Source: an uncultured Verrucomicrobiae bacterium (GTDB lineage Bacteria > Verrucomicrobiota > Verrucomicrobiia > Limisphaerales > UBA11358). From it: a stretch of DNA of 64,000 nucleotides. The first letter of the stretch is position 1. Every line of letters starts with the position of its first letter. The notes beneath the pieces were generated by a model, which worked only from the letters and a program-made list of their open reading frames with translations, made no database searches and was not told the origin of the DNA. The translations under genes were made by a program, and so were the position numbers. Positions 20,208 through 29,921 of this stretch are shown in pieces. The stretch covers positions 15,479-79,478 of the forward strand of contig CAWAYP010000013.1 in the NCBI GenBank assembly GCA_963786375.1. The letters are read 5' to 3'.

Positions 20208-22396
20208 ATGCGCACTTTTTTTAGAAGGATAGCTGATAACAAATCAGGATTTTATCTGGCTTTAGCTGCCGTTGTAATTGTCGTCGGCTGGCACGCTTGG
20301 GTGCTTTCTCATAAACCTGCCCACTGGGAGGAAATAGCCTCGGAGTTGGGGTCTATTCCACAATTCGGACAATTGATCTACGCAAGCGATGACGGTGCGG
20401 TTGTATACACGCGTTTTTGCGAAGATAAGACAGGTTTCTTCTTCTGCGGAGGAGCAACGCAAAAAGCCCATTTATTGTGTGAAACAATACCGGACTTCTA
20501 CGGCTGGTCTCCAGATGGCAGCCGCCTCGCATATGGAATGCTGATGCCCTCCGGGAACTGGGAGACGGTCATTTGCGATGGGAATTCCGGAGAACAAATG
20601 GCGGTGCTGGAGCAGCCAGGGTTAATTGACCCCTCCATGTTCGCGTGGCTGTCATCCCGCTCATTCGGCTACTTACTAAAACAACAAGTTGGGTTCGATT
20701 TTGGCATGTTTGAACAAAAATCGGATGGAACGTGGGTAAGAGGCAAGACGGTTTCGGGCGTTACTATTTCCCCAAATTCTTTCACCGCTGTTTCCGAAAC
20801 GTCCGTTGCATGGGGGGAGCAACATGGTGTGAATCAGGTGGCTTATAGTGGCAGGGATCAGCAGTGGAAAGTTACCTTGGTTGGCGGCAACCAGTATAAA
20901 ATTACTGCTCAAAATGGTCTTGCTTTGGCGGGGCCGACTAATGAGTCGCAGCTTGTATTGCAGGCTTATACTGGCGAACCGGACCAGCTTTGGACATTCA
21001 CGGCCAATGGGACGAACTACAACATCATGAACGTTGGCAGCGGGGAAAATATGGACGATTGGTGGGGCGGTTCAGGTAATGTGGTTGGTCAATGGGAAGG
21101 GAACGGTACGAGTGCGAACCAGTTATGGAAACTGACCAGAGTTGGTGGAAATCCTCCAGGATCGACACCAATAGATGAATCTAACGCAATAGCCGATGGC
21201 ACATATGAAATCACTTGCCCTTCAGGCGGCGATTACGCCTTGAACTATTCCAACGGGGAGAGGACATCAAGCTGCTGGACATCAGTTCCGGTTCCGTTAC
21301 AACAATTTGGGAATCATCAACTGCCAACAATCTTTCAGAATTTATTTATTCCAGAAAAACCGGGGAATTTCTTCTAAATTGTCCTGATGAAAAAGGGTGC
21401 CACCTGATTCGTTATTACCCTCCCTCCAAATGGACAGCCGACGCTGGTAGAATTGACACCCCGCAAACATGCACATTCCGGCGGGATTCCAAATGGACAG
21501 ATGATTCGCCAACATTCATATCATCCTGGAACGATGGTTCGCCAAGATCCGTGTATTTGAGCGACGATGGCTTGAATACCTTTTGCATCAGCACCAACAC
21601 GAATTCAAATGTGATTAGTCTGCCTTGGCGGGGAGGAGTCGCTGTGCATACGTCATTGTATGGAAACCATTTATATATTGTCGGTGACCCCGCGAACGAA
21701 CCGCCCGGCATTTGGGATTACGACATAGCGTCTGGATCATTAAATTGTATTGTTCCCGATTTGGAACAACCCTTCAAATATGCCAAATATGCGACGCCAA
21801 TATGCGGAGAGGTGACTAATAACTCGGGCAATGTGGGGTGTTATACCTTATGGCAACCAGCTAATTTCTCTCCTCAAAAGAAATATCCGGTCATCATCGG
21901 CCAGACTGTCAATGCCGAATGGTTGCCTTATGAGCAAGTCGCAGCAAATTCTGGATGTTATTTCGCGGTGGTTCATCGCCCGTATTGGATGAGCAAAAAA
22001 TTACAGGATTGGCCTGCCGATGTGATGGGTCTGTATGAATTGCTGGCTAAAAATCCGAACATAGACACAAACCGGGTCTTTCTTTGGGGTCATAGCGTTG
22101 AGACTGTTTATTTATGTCAGCTTTTCGAGGAAAAACCTCAATTATGGAATGGTATAATCCTATTCGACCCTAGCGATCTGCCAGATGTGACAACCTTAAA
22201 ACACAAGAAAATACTCATTATCGCCGGGAAAGACAGCGACGCCCAACAATTGGTGCAATACAGTGACCAAGCCGCTCAAGCGGGGATTCCACTAAAGTTC
22301 ATTTTACTGGAAAACGACAAACACAATCCAGAGTCAACACGTAGTGTGCGCGCGCGAACACTGGAATTCGCTCGATTCCTAATTGAAAGCTTGTGA
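20208..22396 (+). pseudogene. membrane-anchored TolB-like beta-propeller / alpha-beta hydrolase protein with embedded ricin-type lectin module; one frameshift
   Basis: ORFs 20208..21377 and 21215..22396 overlap in different frames. N-terminal TM and WSPDGSRLAY. QxW triplet DQQWKV / DQLWTF / NQLWKL. C-terminal VFLWGHSVETVYL and KKILIIAGKDSD resemble an S9/esterase. Confidence 0.6.
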
Positions 22397-22564
22397 AAGC
22401 CGAAACGTATGACAAATGGAATGATGTCTTTGCAAAACGATTGTAGCGGTACTCTGTGAGCGTCGACAGGCCGTTGATTGCCAGGAAACCACGACGGTCA
22501 TGGGCCTCCTTGACAACAATAAATGAATTGCGGTTAGCCGGCGAGTATCTGGCCACGCGTTATT

Positions 22565-23245
22565 ATGCAACAGAAATTAATTAGTTTTTTCATTGGCTCA
22601 TCTGGCGCATTATTGCTGGCTGTAGGCACAGCGATGGTCATCTGCATTCCTGCCGGCCCTACAGTTGTGCTGATACAGGATCCCATTTTTCCGTTTTCAT
22701 CGCGGATCGTGTATTGGATATTTGCTGGGTTGGTATTCAGCGTGGCGCTAGTTTGTCTTTTCAGCCAAAACAAGTCTCTCAAGGCCACGTTGATTTTGTG
22801 GATAACGTTGAATATGGCAGTCTATGTGCTGGGTATTCAATGGAATGGACAGAACGGAGATTTAAACAACTATTTAATTCGTTATGCCGATGCCTTTGGC
22901 GTTACGCGAGGCGCGGCTTTCTGGATGATAAAGGTGACTTTCTTTTACTTCCTCGTTGGCGGCCTTATTACATCGCTGTGGATCTGGCGGGAGGGTTCCA
23001 AAGGGTATCTGAAGATTGTTTGTGCTCATTGTGGTGGCCACATTGCCTTTCTTGCCCAAGCATTGGGCCAACAAATTGACTGTCCGCATTGCCGGACTGC
23101 CATCACCTTGTTCAAACCAGATGAGAATCTGAAAATGACCTGCGTTTTATGCGGTGAACACGTTGAATTTCCCGCCCATGCGCTGGGGCAAAAAATCCCG
23201 TGCCCGCACTGCGCAAAAACTATCACCCTGCTGAAACCCGTTTGA
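22565..23245 (+). CDS. 4-TM membrane protein (paralog 1 of the cassette family) fused to two zinc-ribbon repeats
   Basis: Alignable to 25580 and 28049 (IQDPIFPFSSR, CLFSQNKSLKATLILW). Lacks the CxCLG motif. The C-terminus has CAHCGGH...CPHCRTAITLFKP and CVLCGEH...CPHCAKTITLLKP. Confidence 0.7.
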   Translation: MQQKLISFFIGSSGALLLAVGTAMVICIPAGPTVVLIQDPIFPFSSRIVYWIFAGLVFSVALVCLFSQNKSLKATLILWITLNMAVYVLGIQWNGQNGDLNNYLIRYADAFGVTRGAAFWMIKVTFFYFLVGGLITSLWIWREGSKGYLKIVCAHCGGHIAFLAQALGQQIDCPHCRTAITLFKPDENLKMTCVLCGEHVEFPAHALGQKIPCPHCAKTITLLKPV

Positions 23246-23251
23246 ATACTT

Positions 23252-23581
23252 ATGAGCACTCACTCGGATCGCATTCAAAACTGGTTGGAGTTTGCCCAAA
23301 ACGCTAATTGGTCTGTCGGCGCTCTGGCAAAAAAGTCTGGCGTTTCCGTGCGCATGTTGGAACGGCATTTTCTTCAAAACATGGGAAAACCACCCAAAGC
23401 TTGGCTTATTGAAAGACGTCAAAAGCGTGCTTTGGAACTCCTGCACGATGGCTGTTCGGTCAAGGAAACTGCGGCACATCTCGGATATCAGTACTCGAAC
23501 AATTTTTCGCGCGAATTCAAGGCATTTTGGGGATACAGCCCATCAGCTGAACTGGATCAAAAAGGAAGACGCTGCCAATAA
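23252..23581 (+). CDS. AraC-family HTH transcriptional regulator (DNA-binding domain only)
   Basis: WSVGALAKKSGVSVRMLERHFLQNMGKPPKAWLIERRQKRALELL...VKETAAHLGYQYSNNFSREFKAFWGYSP. Confidence 0.8.
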   Translation: MSTHSDRIQNWLEFAQNANWSVGALAKKSGVSVRMLERHFLQNMGKPPKAWLIERRQKRALELLHDGCSVKETAAHLGYQYSNNFSREFKAFWGYSPSAELDQKGRRCQ

Positions 23582-23719
23582 TTTGTCTCGTTTTGATACG
23601 AGATTTAACTGTTGCAGCGCTCATTTCTGTGTTAAATGGATAGTGAAAGTATAGAGTCGGCAGATACAGTATCGCTTGCAAAGCGGCGTTGCGGAAGCTG
23701 CGGGGAGACAATGCAGTGA

Positions 23720-24715
23720 ATGTCGTCCTCAATAATCGCTAATAACTATATGAGGTGTTGCATTGTGTTATTTTGCATAGTTTTGACAACGAAAGCGGTT
23801 GCGGATAATGTCGCAACGGCGCCGGGCGATCTCGTTGCATTTTTTAAGCAAGCCCTCAGTTCGCCACCGGATGTTGAAAAGTATGTCGTGAGCCAGCGCC
23901 AACTTGAATCAATTACCCCCTCTATTGGTCCACCGACTAAAGCAGGTTCAATATCATATTATATGGGTGCAGGAGCAGGCAGTAATTATTTCTTGCAAAT
24001 TCTATCTGGTTCCAATGGCCTTCCAGACTTAAGCGAGAAACGGCTTATCGCCGGGCGATCTGGGGCTGCTGCATATGAAGTCAACCAAAATGCCATAAGT
24101 TTTGGCGTCGGGTCAAATGGATTATCAGGAAACGTTCGAGTGTTGTATATAATGATGCGACAATACTTAGGCATGGGAATAAGTGAGGTTGAGCCTGAAA
24201 GCCTGAGATGGGTTGGCAATAGTTTTACGGCAACGAACAATCACGGCCTTGCTATATATGGCGAGTTAAGCATTTCAAATGGCCTTCCATGCAGATTAGG
24301 AGTCAGTGTCGCTAAAGGTTCGCCACCATACAAGATTGTAGAATACACATACCCCAATCCGCCGCAATCCCTAAATGGTTTCCCTTCCAAGATGATAATT
24401 TCAAGGGCGCCTTACGGTGTGGTGAAACCGTTCTGTGAGGTATCATTTTATTCAGTCCAATTAGCAAGGCAACCGTTATCTGACGATTTTTTTGCTGCCG
24501 CGCAATTTATTGGGACAAACAACATATACACCAATCTATACAGTAATGCAGACCTCTACGTTCAGAACAGCCGCGGTCAGATGGTCAAGGCGCCATATGT
24601 GATTCTGAAATCTGGCAAGTATACGAACTCGCGTCCACGAGCGCTTGTTTTTCTGTGTTTAGCGCTGGCGACCATAATTCCTATTACATTTTTGATTTTG
24701 TTGCGTAAAAAATAA
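23720..24715 (+). CDS. secreted protein with C-terminal TM anchor (cassette component)
   Basis: 331 aa with an N-terminal hydrophobic signal and a C-terminal ALVFLCLALATIIPITFLILLRKK. Same architecture as 28510..29595. Confidence 0.6.
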   Translation: MSSSIIANNYMRCCIVLFCIVLTTKAVADNVATAPGDLVAFFKQALSSPPDVEKYVVSQRQLESITPSIGPPTKAGSISYYMGAGAGSNYFLQILSGSNGLPDLSEKRLIAGRSGAAAYEVNQNAISFGVGSNGLSGNVRVLYIMMRQYLGMGISEVEPESLRWVGNSFTATNNHGLAIYGELSISNGLPCRLGVSVAKGSPPYKIVEYTYPNPPQSLNGFPSKMIISRAPYGVVKPFCEVSFYSVQLARQPLSDDFFAAAQFIGTNNIYTNLYSNADLYVQNSRGQMVKAPYVILKSGKYTNSRPRALVFLCLALATIIPITFLILLRKK

Positions 24716-24735
24716 ACAAACTAAGAAAGGAATAT

Positions 24736-25083
24736 ATGAAAAAATCGGTCATCATAATGCGAATAGTAACTGTTGTAGGAGTCCTAAGCTTCGCATGGTA
24801 TGTGAAGGCGCAGAGCGAAAATAATTGCAGTGGTACCACCGCAAATCCATGCCACACCGCGTCCGAATTGGTGTTTTCTTGTAACAACACATATGATTGT
24901 GCAGAGTACACAGAGTCCGGCGGGGCAAATGTGCTTGCTTGCACATCAGATGGCACACCTGTCGGCCAATGCAAATACCAGTCAAATGTAAATTGCACTT
25001 GGTTAGATACTTGGCTCTATTGCGATAATAGTGTTTCCTCTGCAAATGCCTCGGAACAGGTATCCCCAACCAAATGCCAGTAA
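24736..25083 (+). CDS. small Cys-rich secreted protein (9 Cys in the mature part)
   Basis: Signal peptide MKKSVIIMRIVTVVGVLSFAWYVKAQS, then ENNCSGTTANPC.... Starts 20 nt after the upstream gene. Paralog at 29609..29893 shares the S-x-NNC start. Confidence 0.6.
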   Translation: MKKSVIIMRIVTVVGVLSFAWYVKAQSENNCSGTTANPCHTASELVFSCNNTYDCAEYTESGGANVLACTSDGTPVGQCKYQSNVNCTWLDTWLYCDNSVSSANASEQVSPTKCQ

Positions 25084-25408
25084 GGCGAAGCAATGGTTGT
25101 CCCTGATTTAATTGCAAGACTCGAGTAAATGTAAACTGACTCATTTGCACCTAAAATGTGTACAGCAAAGAGGATATTCACGGATGTTTAGTGACTAAAT
25201 AATGATGGGGAAAGGGGATCTTTTAGAGAAGAAGTATGATTGACGGCGTTGATTTCATGGTGGCGTTGGTGGTTTTGAGGTCGCGCCAGTGCTCCGCGCC
25301 CGACTCCGGTTCGCTTTACCGTGCTGTGGCGGGCTGATTTTTGGGTTGGCCGGAGACGCGCTTATTGCCAGGCTGGAATGCATGGATAATATGCTGACTT
25401 ATCTCAAA

Positions 25409-25449
25409 CATCACATCACATCACATCACATCACATCACATCACATCAC
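25409..25449. repeat. pentanucleotide microsatellite (CATCA)8
   Basis: Counted directly: eight perfect units plus one extra base. Intergenic, about 130 bp upstream of 25580. Confidence 0.95.
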
Positions 25450-25579
25450 TAACGCGGTCACCGAAAGGGCTGAACTCGAAAATCCAAAGCAGCAAATCTG
25501 TCGCCCGGGGCTTCCGCAATTTCAAATATTACCGGACGCGCATCCTCTTGTTCTGCGGAAAGCTTGACTTTAACGCACT

Positions 25580-26038
25580 ATGATCCGTAATGAATTCGCA
25601 AAGAAATGGTTCTGCTTGAGTTCGGGAATGATTCTCTTCATTACCGGAGCGGCAAAAGTATGGAGCGTATTGGGCGGTGCTAAAATATTGGCGCAAATCG
25701 ATCCAGTTTTTGGTCTACAGTTTGGTCGCTTAATGTTTGTTGCAGGGATTTTGGAATTGATGATAGGGGGCATTTGCCTTTTCAGCAAATCACGGATGCT
25801 AGCATTAATGCTTGTAGCATGGCTAGCTACAAACTTGTCAATTTATCGAATGGGCTTATGGTACATAGGCTGGCATCGCCCCTGCGCCTGTCTGGGCAAT
25901 CTCACGGATGCCATTCACGTCTCGCCGCAAACCGCTGATACCACCATGAAAATAATTTTGGCATATTTGCTAATTGGCAGTTATTCTTTTTTGTTTTGGT
26001 TCTGGCGGCAGCACCGAAAGGCAGAAGGAAGAACGTAG
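25580..26038 (+). CDS. MauE/DoxX-like 4-TM membrane protein with CxCLG motif (paralog 2)
   Basis: Four hydrophobic segments. HRPCACLGN lies between TM3 and TM4. The family call rests on architecture and motif only. Confidence 0.65.
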   Translation: MIRNEFAKKWFCLSSGMILFITGAAKVWSVLGGAKILAQIDPVFGLQFGRLMFVAGILELMIGGICLFSKSRMLALMLVAWLATNLSIYRMGLWYIGWHRPCACLGNLTDAIHVSPQTADTTMKIILAYLLIGSYSFLFWFWRQHRKAEGRT

Positions 26039-26471
26039 AATGATGAAGTAAAGTTGGTTACTGCAAGCCCATAAATTTGAGTCGGCAGTTAACAGCGTGT
26101 AATGAACTGGCATAGCGGCATCAAGGTCACACTGTTACTGGCGATTGTGGCCTTTTGCCTGTTTGAATATGCGTTGCATCGGCAAAGCGGTCTTTTTCAG
26201 GAGTTTGAAGAGACGCTGCTATCTCTTCAATGGATGATGTTGGTTTGCCTTGCGATTTGGTGCGGTGCTTTCCTCTTTTTGACATTCAACCTAACTGACT
26301 TACCGATTGTTGGCCTGCTACTCATTGCAATTGCGGCATATTTCATCTGTTACGCGACGTTTTGGCTGGAGACGGATGCCCTCACGTTTTTGGCCGGCAT
26401 GACATTGGGCAGGGGTGCGTGTTTCGCGCTGGAAAGCAGAAGCCAGAGGCCAGAAATCAGCAATACTTTAA

Positions 26472-26503
26472 AAATCCGAAATCCGAAATCCGAAATCCGA
26501 AAT
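26472..26503 (+). repeat. heptanucleotide repeat (AAATCCG) x4.5 inside the Wzy_C pseudogene
   Basis: Counted directly. It translates as IRNPKSEIRN. Confidence 0.95.
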
Positions 26504-26674
26504 TTTCTTGTCGGTTTGGTTTTGCTGCTGGCTTTTTCATCTTGGTGGCATTTGGGTATGTCGGACAATTTTTATCACGGGCCGCGCTGGATGGGGCTTT
26601 GGGATAATCCAAATATTTATGGGATGTTAATGGGGGCGGGCGTTGTCCTGACAGCAGGACTTTTAGCGGATAGG

Positions 26675-26744
26675 AGATTGGAAGATACCAGATGAAAGAT
26701 GGAAGATAAAAGACAGAAAAAGGAAAGCGGAAGGCGGAAGGTAG
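26675..26744 (+). repeat. degenerate heptamer array (about 10 units of AAGATGG-like), contains the in-frame TGA
   Basis: AGATTGG AAGATAC CAGATGA AAGATGG AAGATAA AAGACAG AAAAAGG AAAGCGG AAGGCGG AAGGTAG. Confidence 0.8.
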
Positions 26745-28048
26745 AAACAATTGATATTCTTTTGATCGCAGCGGGGATGATGGGCATGGGGTTGCTGTTC
26801 AGCTACAGCCGGGGGGCATGGATGGGGACGGCAGTTGGACTGCTGTATCTGGCAAGTGCCTATAGCGAATTAAAATTGCGTATACTCTAACATGAATTTT
26901 TTGTGTTTGCTGTTTATTATTGGTCTTGGTTTTTTTGGAATGCCACGCCCCGACAATGCACCGTGGTATTTACAGCGGATGGATTTGGAAGCCGCGGCTC
27001 AGCTCAACACCGGTGTCCGCCTGGCGTGGGAAGCGGTTTGAAAATGATGTGGGATCATCCATTTGGCGTGGGCTGGAACAATGTCGTTGATGTCATGACA
27101 GAAGCATTATTTCCGCCTGAAGGTGGTGCGGTGGCCATCACCACAAACGATTATTTAATGCTGGGGACACAGTTGGGCTTGCCAGGGCTGCTTTGTTTTG
27201 TGGCGTATGTGGGGCTATCTCTTGGTCGAAGGACGAGAGTCGAGCGTCGAGAGCTGGAGAAAGTCACGTCATCTGTCACCTCTCACTGGTCATATTGCGT
27301 GGCGTGCCGCGCTGGTACTTTGGCTATGTTGGTGGCGTTTTGGTTTGACGGCGGGCTATTCAAGCTGGCCACGGCTTCCGTTTTTTGGGTTTTGCTGGAA
27401 TTGGGACGAGAAGATTTGCGACAGACCGCCTGAATAATTCTCTCTCGAGGGCCTCGAAAGCGTGGGCGTCACGCCAAGCACCTCTATTCAATGAAGTCAT
27501 AGACGTCGCCCATTAGCGTCAGCGGTCCATAGCGAAATGTATTTTCCGTTGGCCAGCTTTCCTTTTATTAAGAGCTGTCTTTGTCTTTGGCCAGTATGAC
27601 GGGCGTTGTTCAAGATGCGATTCCTTCCTGTCATTTCAGTCGCTGATACGGACCGATTGCCCCACAACTAAGCAGGTTCCACTGTGGGCGCAAACTCCCT
27701 GAACGGCGCATTGGGTAAATGTCGCGTTTTGGTAGCTGATTTTACTTCATTTGGAAGACTTCTGATGGTTTAATTGGAACCGGAAATGAGTGCTGGCAAA
27801 TCCGGCCAGGGCGGCGCCAAGAACGCGACCATCTTGAAAATCACGGGTGCCGCCGGTCTATACAAAAAATCCATGATCATACAAAACACCGCTAATTTGC
27901 AATGGTCGGCCAACGACCCCGCCAACGCCGAAGTGCGCGATGAATTCCGGCTTAACACTTTTCCGCTCGCGAACCATGCACCTCCCAAACCGACACCGCC
28001 TGCCATGCCTGCAAAGTGAAAATAAGTTCTCAAAAGTGGAGCGAGGAG

Positions 28049-28507
28049 ATGTCATCCAGTAATTCCACGCATTGGCTAATAAAATTCTTCTTTTATTCTT
28101 CTGCTTTAAGTTTGGTGCTTACGGCTTGTGCCAAGCTAATTAGTGCTTTTGGAAAGGCTCCAATTTTAGATTCTCCTGATGTTTTGTTTCCAATAAGAAC
28201 GAGGTTGCTTATATGTTTAGTTGGAACAACCGAAATCGTCATAGCGGCTCTTTTACTTTCACAAATACAATCACGTGCAAAAATTTTTGTTCTGTTGTGG
28301 CTGGCCTTTTCCTTTTTTCTTTATAAGACAGGCTTGTTCGCTCTTCATGCCCCATTGCCGTGTCCATGTTTGGGAACTGTAACGGCATCCCTAGGCATCG
28401 CTCCAAAAACTGCAACCATCGTAACGGATGTATTTCTGATGTATTATCTAACTGGGTCGTTAATCTACCTTGGTTTGAACGATAAAAGAATCGTGAATAA
28501 ACCGTGA
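28049..28507 (+). CDS. MauE/DoxX-like 4-TM membrane protein with CxCLG motif (paralog 3)
   Basis: ATG preceded by GAGGAG. LPCPCLGT lies between TM3 and TM4. Alignable to 25580 (LDSPDVLFPIRTR, LLLSQIQSRAKIFVLLWL). Confidence 0.7.
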   Translation: MSSSNSTHWLIKFFFYSSALSLVLTACAKLISAFGKAPILDSPDVLFPIRTRLLICLVGTTEIVIAALLLSQIQSRAKIFVLLWLAFSFFLYKTGLFALHAPLPCPCLGTVTASLGIAPKTATIVTDVFLMYYLTGSLIYLGLNDKRIVNKP

Positions 28508-28509
28508 AA

Positions 28510-29595
28510 ATGATGAATACAATGAGGGAACAAATTGGGGCAATGTTTGTCATAGGTATTATTTTGCTTTCACAATGTAATGCGCTTAGCGAATACACAC
28601 TCGAAGGTATCGCGACCTTTGGGCCGGCTTCACAATTTCCAACGATGCGCTTCAACCTCACCTTGGAGAATCGCGACAAAGAATATAGGATAACGGCTAA
28701 AGCTATCGATGGGGAATGGTATAATGACGAGGTTACTTCAGGAGATGGATTGGATAATTATTATTTAGACCAAACATGGCCGTCTTGGGATGCGAGAGCA
28801 AAAAAACAAGGGTACCGAGAGGCGGGGACAGTCATTGAGGGCGATTTCCCAGCAAATTCGCTGTCAATAGTTCAGTTGACGTGGCTGATGTATTGTTCGG
28901 CGTCACATTTCCATACTGGAACAAACAGCTTGACCATTCCTTTACGCTGCGCAAAGTACGCACCTGCGGATGGATTGACAGAGGTTGTTTCTTTTACGGC
29001 ATCGGCAGCCAATGTCGTTGATAAAATACAATGTTTTACATACACAGCTCCATTTGCATCAAATAACACAAAAGCAATTGCCCCAACGTCACTTTATGAT
29101 AGAGGATATTTGCTTTGGGAGATACACGCCACAACTTTCACCAATTTAGGAAGCTTAACATTGCCGCGTTCATTTGAATATGATCAATACATTCCAAATG
29201 GTACAAATAGTTCGGATTTGAATTGTGTTATGAGGGCCAAATTCGTGGTAACAAATATTTTAGCCGAAGTTACTGCTCAAAGTCTTCTGCCCATGACGAC
29301 AATGAAGGACGCGCCCGTTTTTGATTGGCGGTTCAATAAGGATCAGGTTGCAATGGATAAATCAGGCCAAATGGGGACTCCTGTAGTTACCTATAAAATA
29401 AATGATGGTAAGTGGAGAAAACGGGATGATTCAGGCATAAAGTATCAAGTGATTGCCATACGGCAGATGGTTCATACCACACAGCCGGCTAAAGGGGGTA
29501 TGGTAATCAAATGGTTCGTTTATTCTGCTTTAATCATATTAACTTTGTTTCTAGGCTGGTGCACAAAACGAAAAACAAATAAACCAAACAAATAA
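28510..29595 (+). CDS. secreted protein with C-terminal TM anchor (cassette component)
   Basis: Begins 3 nt after the upstream stop. Signal IGAMFVIGIILLSQCNA. C-terminal VIKWFVYSALIILTLFLGWCTKRK. Confidence 0.65.
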   Translation: MMNTMREQIGAMFVIGIILLSQCNALSEYTLEGIATFGPASQFPTMRFNLTLENRDKEYRITAKAIDGEWYNDEVTSGDGLDNYYLDQTWPSWDARAKKQGYREAGTVIEGDFPANSLSIVQLTWLMYCSASHFHTGTNSLTIPLRCAKYAPADGLTEVVSFTASAANVVDKIQCFTYTAPFASNNTKAIAPTSLYDRGYLLWEIHATTFTNLGSLTLPRSFEYDQYIPNGTNSSDLNCVMRAKFVVTNILAEVTAQSLLPMTTMKDAPVFDWRFNKDQVAMDKSGQMGTPVVTYKINDGKWRKRDDSGIKYQVIAIRQMVHTTQPAKGGMVIKWFVYSALIILTLFLGWCTKRKTNKPNK

Positions 29596-29608
29596 ACAAC
29601 AAAAGCAT

Positions 29609-29893
29609 ATGAAAAATGCAAAAATCGTAATATTGGTGGTAGCATTCGTGTCGGTATCGGCTGCTTTATTATTGGCTGATGAAGGTTATCAAGCAGCTGG
29701 ACAAGCAGAAACAATAGACGTTAGCAACAATTGTCCAAATGGAGGCTGCACAATGAAATCATGGACACACTATGGTTGCATTGACAGTGGATCTGGAAGT
29801 TGCACGCCGTCTGATGATCCTAATCCGGCTCCCGTGGTATCTGGATCATGTTCTTTGCAAGGTGGAGTGTATTACTGCTTGGCGTCATCGTAA
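29609..29893 (+). CDS. small Cys-rich secreted protein (6 Cys in the mature part)
   Basis: Signal MKNAKIVILVVAFVSVSAALLLA, then ...VSNNCPNGGC...YYCLASS. There is a 13-nt gap to the upstream gene. Confidence 0.6.
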   Translation: MKNAKIVILVVAFVSVSAALLLADEGYQAAGQAETIDVSNNCPNGGCTMKSWTHYGCIDSGSGSCTPSDDPNPAPVVSGSCSLQGGVYYCLASS

Positions 29894-29921
29894 AAAGGCG
29901 GCTCTTATCCTTGACAGTGGG

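Larger units (their letters stand above)
26102..27433 (+). pseudogene. Wzy_C/O-antigen-ligase-like membrane protein, inactivated (in-frame TGA plus two frameshifts)
   Basis: ORFs 26102, 26699 and 26903 share a frame and align with the intact paralog 29922..31283. There is a TGA at 26693-26695. The segment PDNAPWYLQRMDLEAAAQLNTGVRLAWEAV is only readable in another frame (about 26890-27040). Confidence 0.8.

Noticed and set aside
20814-21260. GGGGAG hexamers flanking the ricin-lectin module, considered as target-site duplication of an inserted domain cassette
   Set aside because: The repeats are 441 bp apart, so precise excision would not restore the downstream frame. A seamless WGE-DIKLLD join needs a 443-bp removal ending at a non-identical GGAGAG. 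The coincidence is too weak.
25289-25567. 92-aa ORF containing HHITSHHITSHHITS
   Set aside because: The repeat peptide is just the (CATCA)8 microsatellite translated. The rest of the ORF has no coding features and lies in an intergenic gap.
26693-26695. In-frame TGA in the Wzy_C paralog considered as selenocysteine or programmed readthrough
   Set aside because: The codon lies in a degenerate heptamer repeat and aligns to a variable loop. Two additional frameshifts follow downstream. No SECIS-like hairpin was evident. Pseudogenisation is the simpler reading.
27770-28055. Gly-rich ORFs on both strands (for example FAGMAGGVGLGGAW) considered as a glycine-zipper membrane protein gene
   Set aside because: Gly-zipper-like strings appear in several frames but none gives a coherent protein. 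At best it is a decayed remnant, and the sequence alone does not support a call.
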